The position numbers and the translations under genes are program-made. This document shows positions 61,172 to 64,000 of a stretch of DNA of 64,000 nucleotides, in pieces (within the stretch, counting starts at the first letter, position 1; each line of letters begins with the position of its first letter). Under the pieces are notes generated by a model. The model saw only the letters and a program-made list of their open reading frames with translations. It was not told the origin of the DNA and ran no database searches. The stretch is from Dicyema japonicum (Eukaryota; Animalia; Dicyemida): the NCBI GenBank assembly GCA_011109175.1, contig RDEW01000020.1, forward strand, positions 428,514-492,513, given 5' to 3'.

Positions 61172-62934
61172 AACTTGACACAACTCAAATTGCTGTAAAT
61201 GTTTAAAAATTTAAATTAATAAAAGATGTAAATTCAAATTTATAAACAATAAATTATAAATATTGCATAAATTTAACTTAATAATCCTCATATTGAATAA
61301 TTTATATACTAGTCATGAATCTGTTAGAATGCATCGGGATCACGTGATAATTAGTTTTGTTTTTCTTGGGTTAAATAAATTAAAAAAAATGACTGGTGGG
61401 TTAATAAATTAATTAAATTAAATGATCGGTGACCCAGTGTTACGAGCTGTCCCGCTGCTGTCCATTCGTTTGAAGGTTCCACGCATCTATGATGGTTTGG
61501 TTTGACGGGTGACGCAGTCATCAGTGAACATCTTACTGCGGAACAGGATCGTCTACAAAAAAACTCACTCTCAACAAAAAGAAAAAAAAGTATTGAGCAT
61601 TCCTTTATTATCCCTAATCATTAGGGCAAGTTGTTTCTAGCACTTAAAAAAATTTTTTAGCGCTAAAAAATCACAAAATTTAGCAATTATAATTAAAAAA
61701 GTTAGCACTTAAAATGATAAAATCTAGCATTTAAATTTGTCAAATCTATAACTTAAAATAATAAAATATAACATTTAAATTTTATTTATTGTAATATAAT
61801 AAAAGTTAATGCCTGATATTGTCTGGATGGAAGTTCCTATCTTTTTTTTTAAATATTTTTTAGCATTTTAATATGTCGCGAGCGCTACTTGCAACTATGC
61901 GCTACTTGCAATATCGATTTTTTGAATTTTTTGAATTTTTTTGAATCTATGAAAATTGTTCTTTTGGATTAAAATTCTAATTTTTAGTAATATAAAATAT
62001 TAATTTTAATGTATAAAATTAATATAAACTATTAATTCTAATTTGAATTGTTATGTCACGCTTCTCCCACGTTGTTGTGGTGCTTCGTTTGTGCTAATGC
62101 TTATTCTATATTATTTTTGTATTGTCTTACATTTTCTTCATTAATATATTAGTGGATTCATCAAATAGAGTTTAATAGGTTTGCATTTAGACATGATAAA
62201 GACATGAATTTTCTAGAGAAGAAAAACAGAAGCACGTCACCACTTCAGCCAAAAAGACCTAGAAACACACTTCCAAACTGCTTAAAAGATGACTACGAAC
62301 AAAATAGTCGTAAATTGGTGACAGCGGACGATCTGGATGATGTTCGAATGAGGGCCAGGAACAAGATGGCGTGGGCGAGGAGGATGGCTGCAAATCATGG
62401 CTCAAGCGAACCCCTTTTAGGGCCACGCGAAAGAGCTCTTAACTAACTAAATTAACTATATAGGTTTGCGTAAAAAAAGACCATGGGACAAATCCCTCGC
62501 TAAAGTTAGGGAAATTTGAATTTCCCTACAGTGAAAAAGTGAAAGTCGTAGATATATTGTTTAACAAGCGAATGACACTTCAATCAAATGAGGGACATAG
62601 CGAGATCTTCCACATAAGTCGCGTTAAAAAGCTTAAAAAGAAGTGACTTACCTTTTCTTATAAATAAAATATTTTTTTGAATTTTTTGTCTTAATTGAAA
62701 CTTAAATGAATACAATCGTATAACCCGGAATTTTTAATAGTTTAAAATATTGAAAAATTAAGAGTTTTATGGTTGGAATTAATTTTTAAATTATTTAGAA
62801 TGCTTATCAGTATTATTAATAGTACGATAATTTAAGAATTTAAAAAATAAATTCAATTTTATATTTTTTAAAGCATAACATAAATCTTTTTTGGTGGCGA
62901 TCCTAAGAGGAGGGATCAGCCACCAAAAAAATCA

Positions 62935-64000
62935 GAAGTAATCAGGATAACCCTGATTAATGCCCGCTCTCTTCGGAAGCGGGCTTCAGAGCTGACTGCA
63001 TTGGTCAGCACAGTGCATATGGATGTTTTGATAGTAAATGAGACGAAATCAAAGAGGGAAGTTCTTTTAAAATTAATGGATTTTCATCAATTGATATTCC
63101 GTGGAAGAAGGGTTCTATTTCTGGAACTGGAACTTCGATTTATTATAAATCTAATTTGAATACGAAGAGACCAAGAATTATTGAAGAAGATGTATGTGAA
63201 CTAGTCAGTGTGCAAATACAAACAAATATTGGATGGATAACAGTTGGAGGAATTTATTCTAAGAGCTTACGTGAGTACCCTTGGATCATTGTGAAATTTT
63301 TTAACGAAAACGTGAATTCGATTTTGGTTGGGGACATGAACGCAAAGCATGTAGATTATGGATGTTTTACAAAAAATCAGGATGGAAAATGTCTTATAAA
63401 GTGGATGGAATCTTGAGAATTGAAAATTTTGACGTCAGCAGAAATAAATCACTATGCAAATTACTGTGGTGATAAACTTGGATTGTTCATAATGCCTCTG
63501 ACGATGAGTGAAATGTGTGATCCTCCATATATTGAAAATGACATAGGAAGTGAGCACATCCCACAAACGATTGAATTAAAAACTGGTCCGGTTTACACAC
63601 GACATTTATTCATTGGATGTGATGTCAGCAAAATTGATTGGAATCACTTCAATTTCTACATCAGGCTGAAAATAGGTAATGTTTGTGATTTGGGGATTTC
63701 GAAACCAGAAGATATCGACATTCTGGATAACAAAATAAGATCTTTGTTGTTAAGTTATCTGGAAAATTATGGAAAAAGAAAAAATCTGTTGCCGCAGGAA
63801 AATATGATAATAAGAGTAGAAGAACGCTCTTTGCGTCAGGAGAAGAATAAGATAGAAAATAAATTAAAGACGTGTTGGGATATCTTCGACTTTCAAAAAC
63901 TTAAAATTCAGATCAAGATAGTGAAGAAGAAAATAATGGATGTTGTAACGTAGAATGAAGAAAAAGTATGGAAAATAGAATGTTCAAAGTTACGTCGACA
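62935..64000 (+). mobile_element. Group B LINE, APE region, running off the window
   Basis: ITLINARSL, VNETK, GDMNAKH and ENDIGSEHIPQ; 63721-64000 is nearly identical to the 5' part of the 42-43.8 kb copy. Confidence 0.9.

Noticed and set aside
62204-62446. 80-aa ORF MNFLEKKNRSTSPLQPKRPR...
   Set aside because: Could be a small gene or TE fragment, but there is no homology or splice support.

Overview
This is AT-rich eukaryotic nuclear DNA, most likely animal, given a GRAF/oligophrenin-type BAR-PH-RhoGAP. Most of it is degenerate, nested transposable elements, with small islands of compact host genes broken by 21-30 nt GT-AG introns that the ORF track fragments. Host genes I can support: a secreted Cys-rich repeat protein with a Thr-rich tail (10.3-11.4 kb), a HEAT-like protein (21.2-23.0 kb), a C2 + Sec5-like IPT + coiled-coil protein (31.6-33.4 kb), MRPS16, SEC22, the GRAF-like RhoGAP and DONSON, plus a degenerate 5S rRNA copy. 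The mobile fraction has at least two groups of APE-RT LINEs, CRE-like and R4/Dong-like RLE retrotransposons, Tigger/pogo and hAT transposons, two Ginger/TDD-like elements, a Mutator-type MITE and short non-autonomous retroposons. Main observations: (1) a covarying 3'-terminal RNA hairpin shared by about a dozen divergent LINE/SINE ends, whose 5' arm usually encodes the last codons of the ORF; (2) LINEs that begin with a short leader ending in a 2A/StopGo motif; (3) a three-level nest (Tigger > Ginger-like element > LINE) resolved to the base; (4) a near-identical 3.3 kb local duplication plus a 340 bp templated patch; (5) unusual host protein architectures. All family assignments come from motif recognition by eye, with no database search. 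Boundaries of decayed elements are approximate.
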